Source of the DNA: an uncultured Chloroflexia bacterium
Lineage (GTDB): Bacteria > Chloroflexota > Limnocylindria > Limnocylindrales > CSP1-4
Reading direction: 5' to 3'
DNA: 64,000 nucleotides
Assembly (NCBI GenBank): GCA_963713975.1
Contig: OY970218.1
Span: 928,001-992,000 of the forward strand
Position 1 is the first letter of the stretch. Each line of letters opens with the position of its first letter. Both the position numbers and the translations under genes were made by a program. The notes under the pieces were generated by a model. That model had not been told where the DNA came from. It worked only from the letters and a program-made list of their open reading frames with translations, and ran no database searches. Positions 41,615-51,632 of the stretch are shown piece after piece.

Positions 41615-41642
41615 GGCGGTTCCGAGTGTAGCGCTCGGGCCG

Positions 41643-42899
41643 TCAGGCGCCGAACAGGCGCTGGACCTCGCGCAGCCCGGCGGCGAGTGCGTCGACGTCC
41701 GCCCTGCTGGTGTAGACCTGGAACGAGGCCCGGGCCGTCGCCGCCAGGTCGAGGCGCTCGTGGAGCGGCATCGTGCAGTGGTGACCGGCGCGGACGGCGA
41801 CCCCGAAGCTGTCCAGGACCTGGGCCACGTCGTGCGGATGGATGCCCGGCAGGTTGAACGAGACGACGCCGCCTCGCAGCTCCGCGGCCGGTCCGTACAG
41901 CTCGATCCCGGGCACCTCGCGCGGGAGCAGGTCCAGCGCATAGGCCGCGAGGTCCTGCTCGTGGGCCTGAACGCGGTCCATGCCCAGCCCCAGCAGGTAG
42001 TCCGCCGCCGCGCCCAGCCCGATCTGCGCAGAGATGTCCGGGGTGCCCGCCTCGAACTTCCAGGGGATCTCGTTCCACTCCGACCGGCGGAGATGAACCT
42101 CGCGGATCATGTCGCCGCCACCCATGAACGGGGGCATGGCCTCGAGCAGTTCGCGCCGGCCCCACAGCACGCCGGACCCGGTCGGGCCGAGCGCCTTGTG
42201 GCCACTGAAAGCGTAGAAGTCGCAGCCGATCGCCGACACGTCAACGGGCATGTGCGGCACGGCCTGGGCACCATCGACCAGCACCAGCGCACCGGCCTCG
42301 TGGGCCTGGCGGGTCATCTCCTCGACCGGGTTGACGGTGCCCAGGGTGTTGGACACGTGGGTGAACGCGACGAGCTTCGGCTTGAGCCGCAGCAGCACCT
42401 CGAACACGTCCTGACGCAGTCGGCCGTCATCGGTGATCGGGATGAACTCCAGGTCCGCGTCCTTCTCCTGGGCCAGGATCTGCCACGGGACGAGGTTCGC
42501 GTGGTGCTCCATCTCCGTCAGGACGATCACGTCGCCACGCTCGATATGGCGCCGGCCCCACGAGTACGCGACGAGGTTGATGGCCTCGGTGGCGTTGCGG
42601 GTCCACACGATGGTCCGCGGATCCGGCGCACCGATCAGCCGGGCGACCTTGTCGCGGGCGCCCTCGTAGGCGGCCGTCGCACGTTCGGAGAGCTGGTAGA
42701 TCCCGCGGTGGACGTTGGCGTTGTCCTCGCGGTAGTAGGCGTCCATCGCCTCGATCACCGCCAGCGGCTTCTGGGAGGTCGCGGCGGAGTCCAGGTAGAC
42801 CAGCGGGTGCCCGTTGGCCGACTGGTCGAGAATTGGGAAATCGGCGCGCAGCACGGCCGGGTCGAGCGACGTTCGGGCCGGTGAGAGCTGCGTGGTCAT
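41643..42899 (-). CDS. sufS: Cysteine desulfurase, SufS type
   Basis: YLDSAATSQKP, NVHRG, EHHAN, FSGHK, FEAGTP, RAGHHC. Confidence 0.96.
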   Translation of the reverse strand: MTTQLSPARTSLDPAVLRADFPILDQSANGHPLVYLDSAATSQKPLAVIEAMDAYYREDNANVHRGIYQLSERATAAYEGARDKVARLIGAPDPRTIVWTRNATEAINLVAYSWGRRHIERGDVIVLTEMEHHANLVPWQILAQEKDADLEFIPITDDGRLRQDVFEVLLRLKPKLVAFTHVSNTLGTVNPVEEMTRQAHEAGALVLVDGAQAVPHMPVDVSAIGCDFYAFSGHKALGPTGSGVLWGRRELLEAMPPFMGGGDMIREVHLRRSEWNEIPWKFEAGTPDISAQIGLGAAADYLLGLGMDRVQAHEQDLAAYALDLLPREVPGIELYGPAAELRGGVVSFNLPGIHPHDVAQVLDSFGVAVRAGHHCTMPLHERLDLAATARASFQVYTSRADVDALAAGLREVQRLFGA

Positions 42900-42907
42900 G
42901 GCTGCTC

Positions 42908-43789
42908 CTACCGGCCGGCGGCTGCGGTCTCGGGTTCCTTGGGCAACGCGAGCGCCTCGTCCGGGACGCCGGCGTCCATGCCGTTCTCGCGCAGGATCGG
43001 GCCGTAGCCCTCCTCCTCCAGGCGCAGCGCCAGCTCCTTGCCGCCGGAGGTGACGATCCGGCCGGCCGCCAGCACGTGGACGACGTCCGGAGTGATGTAG
43101 TTGAGCAGCCGCTGGTAGTGCGTGATCAGCAGCACGCCCATGTTGGGGTTGAGCTGGGCATTGACGCCCTCGGCCACGATCCGCAGGGCGTCGATGTCGA
43201 GGCCCGAGTCCGTCTCGTCGAGGATCGCGAACTCCGGCTCCAGCATCGCCATCTGGAGCATCTCGAGGCGCTTCTTCTCGCCACCCGAGAAGCCGTCGTT
43301 GACATAGCGGGCCGCGAAAGCGTCGTCCATCTTGAGCAGCGCCATCTTGGCGCGCATCCGCTTGCGGAAGTCGAGCATCGACACGCCGCCCCTGATGGCG
43401 TCCGTCGGGTCGATATCCGGGTTCTTGTCGATCCCCTGGAGCTTCGCGTTGAGCGCGCTCCGGACGAAGGAGGCGACGCTCAGGCCGGGGATCGCGGTGG
43501 GGTACTGGAAGGCCAGGAACAGGCCCAGGCGGGCGCGCTTGTCGGCCGAGAGGCTGAGCAGGTCATAGCCCTTCCAGAGGACCTCGCCGCTCTTGACCAC
43601 GTACGCCGGGTGCCCCATGAGGGCGTAGGAGAGCGTCGTCTTGCCCGAGCCGTTGGGGCCCATGATCGCGTGCGTCTCACCCTTGCGGATGGTGAGGTTG
43701 ATCCCCTGGAGGATCTCGAGGTCCGGGTGGGCGGCCGGTGCGACCCGCAGGTCGCGGATGACAAGCTCCCGGTCGTTGGCGTCGGTCAC
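42908..43789 (-). CDS. sufC: Fe-S assembly ATPase SufC
   Basis: [45 protein letters not shown]. Confidence 0.96.
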   Translation of the reverse strand: MTDANDRELVIRDLRVAPAAHPDLEILQGINLTIRKGETHAIMGPNGSGKTTLSYALMGHPAYVVKSGEVLWKGYDLLSLSADKRARLGLFLAFQYPTAIPGLSVASFVRSALNAKLQGIDKNPDIDPTDAIRGGVSMLDFRKRMRAKMALLKMDDAFAARYVNDGFSGGEKKRLEMLQMAMLEPEFAILDETDSGLDIDALRIVAEGVNAQLNPNMGVLLITHYQRLLNYITPDVVHVLAAGRIVTSGGKELALRLEEEGYGPILRENGMDAGVPDEALALPKEPETAAAGR

Positions 43790-44331
43790 GAAGTGGCTCC
43801 TGTGAGCGTGGGTGCTGGGGTGGAACCCGAAGTCGCCTCGCCGGCCTGGGACGGCGCCGGTGTGCGCGGATCGAGGGTGATGTGGCGGACCGGAACGAGG
43901 TCCGCGAGCGTCATGCCGTCGAGGGTGCCGGTGATCGCATCCCGGACGCGGATCCAGAGCACGTTGACCGTGCACCGCGTGGAGCGGTCGCAGGTCGCGT
44001 GATCCACCTCGTCCGAGGCGCAGATCATCGGTGCTATCGGGCCCTCCAGGGCCCGCAGGACCGCGCCCATCCGGATCTCGGACGGTGCCGAGGCAAGCTC
44101 GTAGCCGCCGCGGGCACCGCGCGTGGAGACGACCAGGCCGGCGTCCCGAAGGCTCGTCACGAGCTGCTCCAGGTAGGCCCGCGGCAGGTCCTCGTCGGCG
44201 GCGATCTCCGCGAGGCTGGCGGGGCCCATGCCGTAGTGGCATCCGAGCTGGACCATCAGGCGCACGCCGTATTCGCCCTTCGTCGAAAAGGAGAGGGCGC
44301 CGGAACCGTGGAAGCTCGCGCGATGGGACAG
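43786..44331 (-). CDS. Rrf2-family (IscR/SufR-like) regulator
   Basis: [29 protein letters not shown], three Cys (C-x9-C-x5-C); start inferred at CTG 44331. Confidence 0.88.
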   Translation of the reverse strand: MSHRASFHGSGALSFSTKGEYGVRLMVQLGCHYGMGPASLAEIAADEDLPRAYLEQLVTSLRDAGLVVSTRGARGGYELASAPSEIRMGAVLRALEGPIAPMICASDEVDHATCDRSTRCTVNVLWIRVRDAITGTLDGMTLADLVPVRHITLDPRTPAPSQAGEATSGSTPAPTLTGATS

Positions 44332-44396
44332 GGCCTGGATCCTCCGGGTGGCAGGAGTTCCCCGGGGGGCGCCGCCGGCCTCAGAGGCCGCCGGGG

Positions 44397-44451
44397 AATT
44401 CCGACCTGTTTCCTATGGATTGAGTGTAGGACGGTCGGCCGAGAGCGTCAA
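44397..44451 (-). promoter_or_regulatory. Sigma70 promoter plus candidate Rrf2 operator of suf operon
   Basis: Minus strand TTGACG-17bp-TACACT, followed by AT-rich imperfect palindrome AATCCATAGGAAACAGGTCGGAATT. Confidence 0.7.
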
Positions 44452-44528
44452 CGCGTGCGTGGGGTGGACCAACAGCCAACGGCCGACCCGCGGTGAACCA
44501 CGACGCGGCCCGCGTGGTACAAGGGGAT

Positions 44529-45194
44529 ATGCGTCCCGTGATCGCCGCGCTGCCGCTCCTCCTCGTATGCCTTGCCGTCGCGGCCTGCGGTGAGCCATCG
44601 CCTTCGGTCGATGACACGCCGCGTACGACGGCGCCGGACATCGCGACCCCGGCCGCAACCCCCGACCCTGCGGTCGTGGCCGACGCCGCGGCCATGGGTG
44701 CGTGGCGACGGGGTCCGGTCGTGCCATCGCCCGCGCTCACCGCAGCGGCCGAGAACGCCTGCCGGGCGCAGGACGGCGTGGGGACTCTGCCGCTGGCGGT
44801 GCTCGACGCCCGGGGCGAGGGGCGGATGGTCATCGTCTTCGCGGACACGGATGCCGCCATGCTGTGTCATGTCGGGGTGACCGAGGACGGCACCGCCACG
44901 GCCGATGCCCGCCCCGTGGCCGGCTTCGAGGGCGCGGAGGCACCAGGGCCTGGAAAGCTGGGCCTGCGCGACGTCGAGGTCGTCGAGGGCACATCCGGCG
45001 CATGGACGGTCGTGGTGGGCCGCGTGGATGAGGCCGCGAACACGGTCGAGGTCAGCTTCGATGCCGACGCGGCGTGGAGCAAGACGTCGATGGCCGACGG
45101 CTGGTACGCGATCTGGTGGCCCGGCGCGGACCGAGCACTGGCGGTCGCGTCCGTGGACCGGCGCAACACGGTTATCGACAGCTACGCCCCGTAG
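44529..45194 (+). CDS. Hypothetical lipoprotein
   Basis: MRPVIAALPLLLVCLAVAAC lipobox; C-terminal DGWYAIWWP. Confidence 0.7.
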   Translation: MRPVIAALPLLLVCLAVAACGEPSPSVDDTPRTTAPDIATPAATPDPAVVADAAAMGAWRRGPVVPSPALTAAAENACRAQDGVGTLPLAVLDARGEGRMVIVFADTDAAMLCHVGVTEDGTATADARPVAGFEGAEAPGPGKLGLRDVEVVEGTSGAWTVVVGRVDEAANTVEVSFDADAAWSKTSMADGWYAIWWPGADRALAVASVDRRNTVIDSYAP

Positions 45195-45625
45195 GAGGCC
45201 AGGCGCCCGGGGCATGCTCGAGGCGGCCGGCGTGCTGTGAGCCATTCGTTCGGGCTGGACCCGGCTGGACCTGACCCGTGAGCAAGTTAGCCACTGGGCG
45301 GTCCAACCGTCGGGTGCGGTGTAGTTTGCGCCGCCTAGCGGCACGACTGTCGGCTGCACGGGGCATTCGGGGCGACGAACATGCCGCCTGGCGACTGAAA
45401 CCGCGGTAGACCCGACCGTTGGGTCGCTGGGCGGAGCAGATGGAGGTGCAGGCCGCTTGGGCGCCCGAGTCCAAGGAAGGCACGGACCCAGACTCGGTTG
45501 TCCGGTCCGGGGTACCACCGACCTATCGTGCGTCGAGGTCCGGATGGGTACGTTCCCGGATGACACGTGGACGTGAGCCGGCGCCGGCTCCTCCAGACCC
45601 AGGTGGCCGGGGAACGACGCATAAC

Positions 45626-48600
45626 ATGACCCTCGCGCACGACGGCAGCAGCACCCGGGCAACCCGGTCGCGGGCGACCTCCGCGCACGCGGTACGGGGC
45701 CCGGCCCAGGCACGTCCCGCCGACGAGGAGCGCGAGGCTGCCCTGAGCCGCGTGGTGGCCGAGATCGACGCGAGTCTCGACATCGACCAGGTCGTCCGGG
45801 ATGCCCTGGGCGCCTCGCGTTCCCTGTTCAGGGCGGACGTGGCGGCCCTGTGGCTGGTCACCCCGGACCGGCACCCCCTGCGCCTTGCCGGGCACGTCGA
45901 TCTCGCGCCCGAGGTGATCGAGGCGATGAGCGCCGTCACGCGTGACGACTCGCTCACGTGCCTGCGGGCCATCGCGGAAGGCCGGAGCATCGTGCTTGAC
46001 GGGCCGACATCGGTGCCGGACCTCGCCGAGCTGCATGCGCGCCTTGGCTTCCGGACAATCATCTTCGTGCCGCTCATGGTGCGGGACAAGGTGCTGGCCC
46101 TGCTGGCGCTGTACCACCACACGCCGTACGCGTGGACGGAGTCCGAGCTCGAGGTGTCCGCGGCATTCGCCGGCCAGATGGCCATCGCGGTCGCCAACGC
46201 CCAACTGTTCGAATCGGTCCGGGAAGGGGCCGCCCGGCTCCGCGCGATCCAGGAGCTGTCAGCACGCCTCAACCGGATCCAGGAGATCGAGGGGATCGGC
46301 GAGGCGATCGTGGCCGAGGCCGACAAGCTCATCCGGCACGACACGATCCGCGTCTACCGCGTGGACCAGTCGACGGGGATGTGCGAGCCCGTCGCCTTCC
46401 ACGGCGAGTTCGTCGGCATCGGCACGCCGTCGTTCGCAGACCTCCGGGTGCGCGTGGGCGACGGTCTCACGGGCTGGACCGCCCTCCACAACAGCACGAT
46501 CCGGCTGGGCGACGCCAGCGCCGACGGGCGGGGTCGCCGGCTGGGCGGCAGCCGCGGGCCCGAGTCGATGCTCCTGGTCCCGATGTCCTACGAGTCACGG
46601 GTGCTCGGGGTCATCGTGCTGTCCAAGGCGGGCTACGACCAGTACTCGGAGGACGACCAGCGAATCCTCGAGATCTTCGCCGGGTACGCAGCCCAGGCGC
46701 TGGTGAACGCCGAGGCATTCGGACAGGTCCGCCGGCAGCAGCAGGAGCTCCACCACCGCCTCGAGAGCCAGCGGCGACTGCTGGAGGTGAACGAGCGGCT
46801 GCTCGCGACGCTGGACCAGAGCGGCGTCCTCGAGATGATCGCGGACTCCCTCAAGACCGTTGTCTCCTACGACTCACTGACGATCTACCGAGTGGACCGC
46901 TCGACCCGGGTCCGGCGGGCGGTGGTCGCGCGGGACGAGTTCGCCGAGCTGATCCTGTCCCACGAGACGTCGATGGACACGGGCATCACCGGCTGGGCGA
47001 TCCGCACCGGCGAGGCGGTCCTCGCCAACGACGCGAACCTCGATCCCCGCTCGATCCAGATCCCTGGGACGCCGGAGGAACCGGAATCGATGATCGTCTG
47101 CCCGCTGCTGGTTGGCGGGGAGGTCATCGGCACGCTCAACGTCGCCCGGATGGGCGGCGATGAGTCCCACTTCACCCAGGACGAGTTCGAGCTGGTGCAG
47201 CTGTTCGCGGCGCAGGCGTCCATCGCGCTGCGCAACGCCGATGCCCATGGGGCCATCGTCACCCAGGCCGAGCACGATGCCTTGACGGGGCTGCGGAACC
47301 ACGGCGCGTTCCAGCGCGAGCTGGGTGAGCTGCTGGGGCAGGGTGTGGAGCTCGCGCTGCTGATGCTCGACCTGGACCAGTTCAAGGGCTACAACGACAC
47401 CCACGGGCACCCGGCCGGCGACGAGCTGCTCGGACGGATCGCGAGCGCCATGCAGGCTTCGGTTCGTGACGGCGACCGCGTCTACCGCTACGGTGGCGAC
47501 GAGTTTGCGATCCTCCTGGAGGGTGCCGACGCTGCCGGCGCCCGGGTCGTGGCGGAGCGCATCCGGTCGGCGGTCGCACGTCTGACCGAGACGTTCGGGC
47601 CGGCCGTCTCCGTGAGCGTCGGCATCGCGCACCACCCGGAGGATGCCCAGGACAAGGATGGCCTCGTCGCGGCCGCGGACCGGGCGTTGTACCTCGCCAA
47701 GCCGGCCGACCACTCGCGCCCGTCGGACGGGGATCCCACGCGCGACCTGTACCTGGCGGCGGTCGATGAGACCACCCTGCGCCTGATGGAGCGCCTCGAG
47801 CCGAGGGAGCTCGTCGGCGAGATCATGGAGCGGGCGGCGGGTCTGGTGGGTGTCAGGCACGCCTTCCTGTACCTGCTCGAGAGCCCGGAAGGTCCGGGCG
47901 GCGAGCCGGAGTTGGTGGAGCGGATCGGAACGGGGGTGTTCGAGGGCTACGAGGGCTACCGGCTGCCGCCGGCGACGGGCGTCGGCTGGGCGGTGGTCCG
48001 CAGCGGGCGGCCGGTCGTCGTGGACGACTACGCCACCTATCCGGATCGGGCCCGGGACCTGCCGGCCGCCGCGTTCGGGGCCGTGTGTGCCGTCCCCCTC
48101 ACATCGGGTGGCGAGGTGCTCGGCGTGATCGGGCTCGCGTCCGGCGACCCTGCGCGGACGTTCTCCGCGCGAGAGGTCGAGGCGCTCGCCAGGTTCGGGA
48201 AGCTGGCCTCAGTGGCGCTGGACAACGCCCGCCTGTTCGAGCGCGTCCAGAGCGAGGTGGAGCGCCAAGCACACGCCGCCCTCCACGACCACCTCACGGG
48301 GCTGCCCAACCGGGTCCTGCTGGTCGAGCGCCTGGCCGAACGGTTCGAGCAGGCATCACGGGAGAAGGGGCAGCGGCGGGAGGCGGCCAGCCGGGTGGCG
48401 CTCGTGATCCTGGACCTCGACCGCTTCACGGTGGTGAACGAGGGCCTCGGACACGCGGCCGGAGACCTGCTGCTCGCCCAGGTGGGCCGGCGGCTGCTCG
48501 CCGCGACCCGCACGACGGACCTGGTGGCACGCCTGGGATCGGACGAGTTTGGCATCCTGCTGGGGCCCGTCCGCAGCAGCGACGAGGTCGGGCGCTTGAC

Positions 48601-49633
48601 CGCCCGGATCGAGGCCGCAATGGCAGAGGCGTTTGACCTGGACGGAATCAAGGTGGCGGTCGATGTCAGCCTGGGCATCGCGATCGGCAGTGCGGCGCTC
48701 TCACATCCCCTTGATCTGCTCAAGCAGGCCGAGGTCGCGCTGCACAGGGCGAAGGCGGATCCGGGGCACACCGCCATCGTGTTCGACCCGGAGATGCACG
48801 CCCAGACGCTGGACCGGGCGACCATGGAGCACGACCTGCGCGGGGCGATCGAGCGCTCCGAGCTGCGAGTCCACTACCAGCCGCTCGTGGAGCTGCGCAC
48901 CGGTGGGATCGTGGGGGTGGAGGCGCTCCTGCGCTGGGAGCACCCGTCACGGGGCCTCGTGCCGCCGCTCGCGTTCATCCCGCTGGCCGAGGAGACCGGT
49001 CTCATCCTGCCGATCGGACGCTGGGTCCTGGAGACGGCGTGTCAGCAGCTGCGCGCGTGGCGGCGGCGGTACCCATCCGCCGCGGGCCTTGCCATGAGCG
49101 TGAACCTGTCGGCGCGCCAGTTCACCGAACCCGGGTTGATCGAGGACGTGGCCGCGGTCCTCAAGCGCGCCGGGCTCGAGGCCGGCGCGCTGGAGGTCGA
49201 GATCACCGAGAGTGTCGTCATGGACCAGTCCGAGGCGTCGGTGGAGCGTCTCCAGGGGCTCCGCTCCCTGGGCGTGAAGCTCGTCCTGGACGACTTCGGA
49301 ACCGGCTACTCATCGCTCGGCTACCTTCGTCGTCTGCCGCTGGACACGATCAAGGTCGACCAGTCCTTCGTGGCCGGCCTCGGGTCCGACAGCGTCGACT
49401 TCCCGATCGTGGACGCGGTGATCTCCCTGGCGCACGGCCTGGGGATCGACGTGGTCGCCGAGGGCATCGAGACCACCGAGCAGCTCGAGATCCTGCGCGA
49501 TCTCGCGTGCGACCGCGGACAGGGCTACCTGTTCTCGCGTCCGCTCCCGGCCTCGACGATCGAAACCCACTTCGCCGACGCCCACGACGGACGCCCGGTC
49601 CTGAACACCCGTAGGGGACCGGCTGATCGCTAG
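45626..49633 (+). CDS. Diguanylate cyclase/phosphodiesterase: GAF-GAF-GAF-GGDEF-GAF-GGDEF-EAL
   Basis: HDALTGL...YGGDEF; HDHLTGL...LGSDEF; EALLRW, DDFGTGYSS, IKVDQSF, EGIE, QGY; start uncertain. Confidence 0.93.
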   Translation: MTLAHDGSSTRATRSRATSAHAVRGPAQARPADEEREAALSRVVAEIDASLDIDQVVRDALGASRSLFRADVAALWLVTPDRHPLRLAGHVDLAPEVIEAMSAVTRDDSLTCLRAIAEGRSIVLDGPTSVPDLAELHARLGFRTIIFVPLMVRDKVLALLALYHHTPYAWTESELEVSAAFAGQMAIAVANAQLFESVREGAARLRAIQELSARLNRIQEIEGIGEAIVAEADKLIRHDTIRVYRVDQSTGMCEPVAFHGEFVGIGTPSFADLRVRVGDGLTGWTALHNSTIRLGDASADGRGRRLGGSRGPESMLLVPMSYESRVLGVIVLSKAGYDQYSEDDQRILEIFAGYAAQALVNAEAFGQVRRQQQELHHRLESQRRLLEVNERLLATLDQSGVLEMIADSLKTVVSYDSLTIYRVDRSTRVRRAVVARDEFAELILSHETSMDTGITGWAIRTGEAVLANDANLDPRSIQIPGTPEEPESMIVCPLLVGGEVIGTLNVARMGGDESHFTQDEFELVQLFAAQASIALRNADAHGAIVTQAEHDALTGLRNHGAFQRELGELLGQGVELALLMLDLDQFKGYNDTHGHPAGDELLGRIASAMQASVRDGDRVYRYGGDEFAILLEGADAAGARVVAERIRSAVARLTETFGPAVSVSVGIAHHPEDAQDKDGLVAAADRALYLAKPADHSRPSDGDPTRDLYLAAVDETTLRLMERLEPRELVGEIMERAAGLVGVRHAFLYLLESPEGPGGEPELVERIGTGVFEGYEGYRLPPATGVGWAVVRSGRPVVVDDYATYPDRARDLPAAAFGAVCAVPLTSGGEVLGVIGLASGDPARTFSAREVEALARFGKLASVALDNARLFERVQSEVERQAHAALHDHLTGLPNRVLLVERLAERFEQASREKGQRREAASRVALVILDLDRFTVVNEGLGHAAGDLLLAQVGRRLLAATRTTDLVARLGSDEFGILLGPVRSSDEVGRLTARIEAAMAEAFDLDGIKVAVDVSLGIAIGSAALSHPLDLLKQAEVALHRAKADPGHTAIVFDPEMHAQTLDRATMEHDLRGAIERSELRVHYQPLVELRTGGIVGVEALLRWEHPSRGLVPPLAFIPLAEETGLILPIGRWVLETACQQLRAWRRRYPSAAGLAMSVNLSARQFTEPGLIEDVAAVLKRAGLEAGALEVEITESVVMDQSEASVERLQGLRSLGVKLVLDDFGTGYSSLGYLRRLPLDTIKVDQSFVAGLGSDSVDFPIVDAVISLAHGLGIDVVAEGIETTEQLEILRDLACDRGQGYLFSRPLPASTIETHFADAHDGRPVLNTRRGPADR

Positions 49634-50343
49634 CCGCGGTTGCCGCCGAACAGGCGGAGCATGAACAGGAACAGGTTGATGAAGTTCAGGTAGAGGTGCA
49701 GCGCCGCCAGGATCGAGGCTCGCTCCGGGGAGCCCGTGATGGCCGCGTACTCGCCGCGGGTGATCTTCTGGACGTCATACGCCGTGAGTGCCGTGAACAG
49801 CACCACGCCGAGGATCGAGATCACCCACCCGATCGTGTCCGACGCCAGGAAGATGTTGACGACCATGGCTACCAGGAGCCCGATCAGGCCCATGAACAGG
49901 ATCCCGCCCATGCTGGACAGGTCGCGCTTGGTCACCGCGCCGAACACGGCCGCCGCCCCGAACATGGCAGAGGCGGAGAAGAACGCCGAGGCCACGGCCT
50001 GGGCGCCGCCGGCCTGCTGCATGACCGACCAGACGATGACGCCGATCGTCAGGCCCATCGATGCCGCGTAGACGAAGAACAGACCCAGCGAGACCATCGG
50101 CGAGACCTTGTTGATGGCCACCTGGATGCCGACGCCCAGCACGAGCTGGAGGATGATGATCAGCAGCCACCACTGCGTGACCGCCATCAGCAGCTGCGCG
50201 CTGGAGCCGACGAAGTAGGCCACGACCGCGGACAACATGAGTCCGGCGAACATCCAGCCGAAGGCGCCCACGAGGAGCTGCTGGACCAGCGCAGGTGCCG
50301 GGCGAACGCCCAGCTGGGTCGGGGTGTATGACGTGCCGCTCAT
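49630..50343 (-). CDS. Bax inhibitor-1/YccA-family membrane protein
   Basis: TKRDLSSMG, LTAYDVQKI, ALHLYLNFINLF. Confidence 0.92.
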   Translation of the reverse strand: MSGTSYTPTQLGVRPAPALVQQLLVGAFGWMFAGLMLSAVVAYFVGSSAQLLMAVTQWWLLIIILQLVLGVGIQVAINKVSPMVSLGLFFVYAASMGLTIGVIVWSVMQQAGGAQAVASAFFSASAMFGAAAVFGAVTKRDLSSMGGILFMGLIGLLVAMVVNIFLASDTIGWVISILGVVLFTALTAYDVQKITRGEYAAITGSPERASILAALHLYLNFINLFLFMLRLFGGNRG

Positions 50344-50388
50344 GCGTGGCTCCTTTCAGTGGGTTGCGCGCCGGAGCGCGAGCCGTGC

Positions 50389-51030
50389 TTACGGTTGGTT
50401 GGGGCGACGCTTGGTCCGGGCGACGGTCGGGCCGTGGGCCTCGGCCTGCTCGGCGGCTCGGGCGAGCACCCAGAGCAGGTCGGCGAGCCGGTTGAGGTAG
50501 GGAAGGAGTCGGCTGTCGGCCAGGCCCTCATCGTGCCGTGACAGCGTCACCGCGCGGCGCTCTGCGCGGCGCAGGACGGTCCGGGCCAGCTCGAGAGCCG
50601 CCGAGAGACGCGTCTCGCCCGGCACGACGAACTCGCGGGGGAGGAGGATCTGCGCCTCGACCTCCCGGAGCATCGCATCCATGCCGTCGACCATCGCCGT
50701 CGACACGCGCGTGGTGTCGTCGCGACCCCTGTCACGTGCCTCCGGGTTGGTGGCGAGCTCCGCGCCGACCACGAACAGCTCACGCTGGATCCGGAGGACC
50801 AGCTCGCCCAGTCGCGCGAGCGCTGGATCCAGGGCCCCGGTGCGTCCCGTCGTGGTCAGCTCGGCCCGCGCCAGGCCCAACGCGGCGACCGCCTCGTCCA
50901 CTGTCCCATACGCCTCGGTGCGCAGGTCGTCCTTCGCCACGCGCTCGCCGCCGTACAGGAGCGACGTCGTGCCATCGTCGCCCCGACCGGTCGCGACGGA
51001 GGAGTCGTAGTCCAGGGAGTGGTCTGTCAT
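50389..51030 (-). CDS. ATP:cob(I)alamin adenosyltransferase, PduO type
   Basis: TGRGDDGTT, AYGTVDE, QRELF..GAELA, RTVLRRAER, YLNRLADLL. Confidence 0.92.
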   Translation of the reverse strand: MTDHSLDYDSSVATGRGDDGTTSLLYGGERVAKDDLRTEAYGTVDEAVAALGLARAELTTTGRTGALDPALARLGELVLRIQRELFVVGAELATNPEARDRGRDDTTRVSTAMVDGMDAMLREVEAQILLPREFVVPGETRLSAALELARTVLRRAERRAVTLSRHDEGLADSRLLPYLNRLADLLWVLARAAEQAEAHGPTVARTKRRPNQP

Positions 51031-51058
51031 CGGGTGGGAGACGCGGGTGGGGGTCCGC

Positions 51059-51394
51059 TCACCACATCAGGCCGGCGTCGCGCGGGTCCCAGCGCTCCGC
51101 CAGCAGCGTGACCTTGACCGGGTGATCGACGACCGTCTCGGCCTGCTCCTTGACCTGCTGGATCATGGCGCCGGCGTAGGGGCAGAACGGCGTGGTCAGG
51201 ATCATCTTGACCTCGGTCGAGTCCGGGCCCAGCAGGATCTGGCGGATCAGCGCGAGCTCCACCACGTTCATCCCGATCTCCGGGTCCACGACGGCGCGCA
51301 GCGCGTCGAGGATGGCGAGCTCGGTCGCACGGCGCTGCGCATCGAACGTGGCGTCGGGGGCGGCGGGCTGGTCAACAGGGTGCGTATCGGTCAT
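51059..51394 (-). CDS. DUF59/SufT-like metal-sulfur cluster assembly factor
   Basis: VVDPEIGMNVVELALI, LTTPFCP. Confidence 0.9.
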   Translation of the reverse strand: MTDTHPVDQPAAPDATFDAQRRATELAILDALRAVVDPEIGMNVVELALIRQILLGPDSTEVKMILTTPFCPYAGAMIQQVKEQAETVVDHPVKVTLLAERWDPRDAGLMW

Positions 51395-51443
51395 GGCCGG
51401 GAAATCCTACCATCGGACTCAGGTATGGCTGCAACGGGCCACG

Positions 51444-51496
51444 GGGCCGGACGGCCCGCGTTGTCTGCTCGGCCCCCCCGGGCCGGACGGCCCGCG
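51444..51496. repeat. 17-bp direct repeat, each unit a small hairpin
   Basis: GGGCCGGACGGCCCGCG at 51444-60 and 51480-96. Confidence 0.7.
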
Positions 51497-51632
51497 AACT
51501 CGGTGCCGTTCGCCTATTTGCGCAACTACGCAATTGGAAGGCATCATAGGCAGCCGGGTCGAGGGCCGTGAGCTCCTCGTCCGCTCCATCGAGACCAACA
51601 CGATCCCAGCACCCAATCACGGAGCCCGCATC

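Noticed and set aside
45290-45345. c-di-GMP-I riboswitch (GGCGCAAAC on minus strand)
   Set aside because: Wrong strand for the GGDEF gene, and the GAAA-loop P2 and P3 consensus are absent.
50389-51030. PduO as evidence for a B12-dependent (Pdu/Eut) BMC
   Set aside because: About 38 kb from the locus, no diol dehydratase or ethanolamine lyase present; stand-alone PduO is common.
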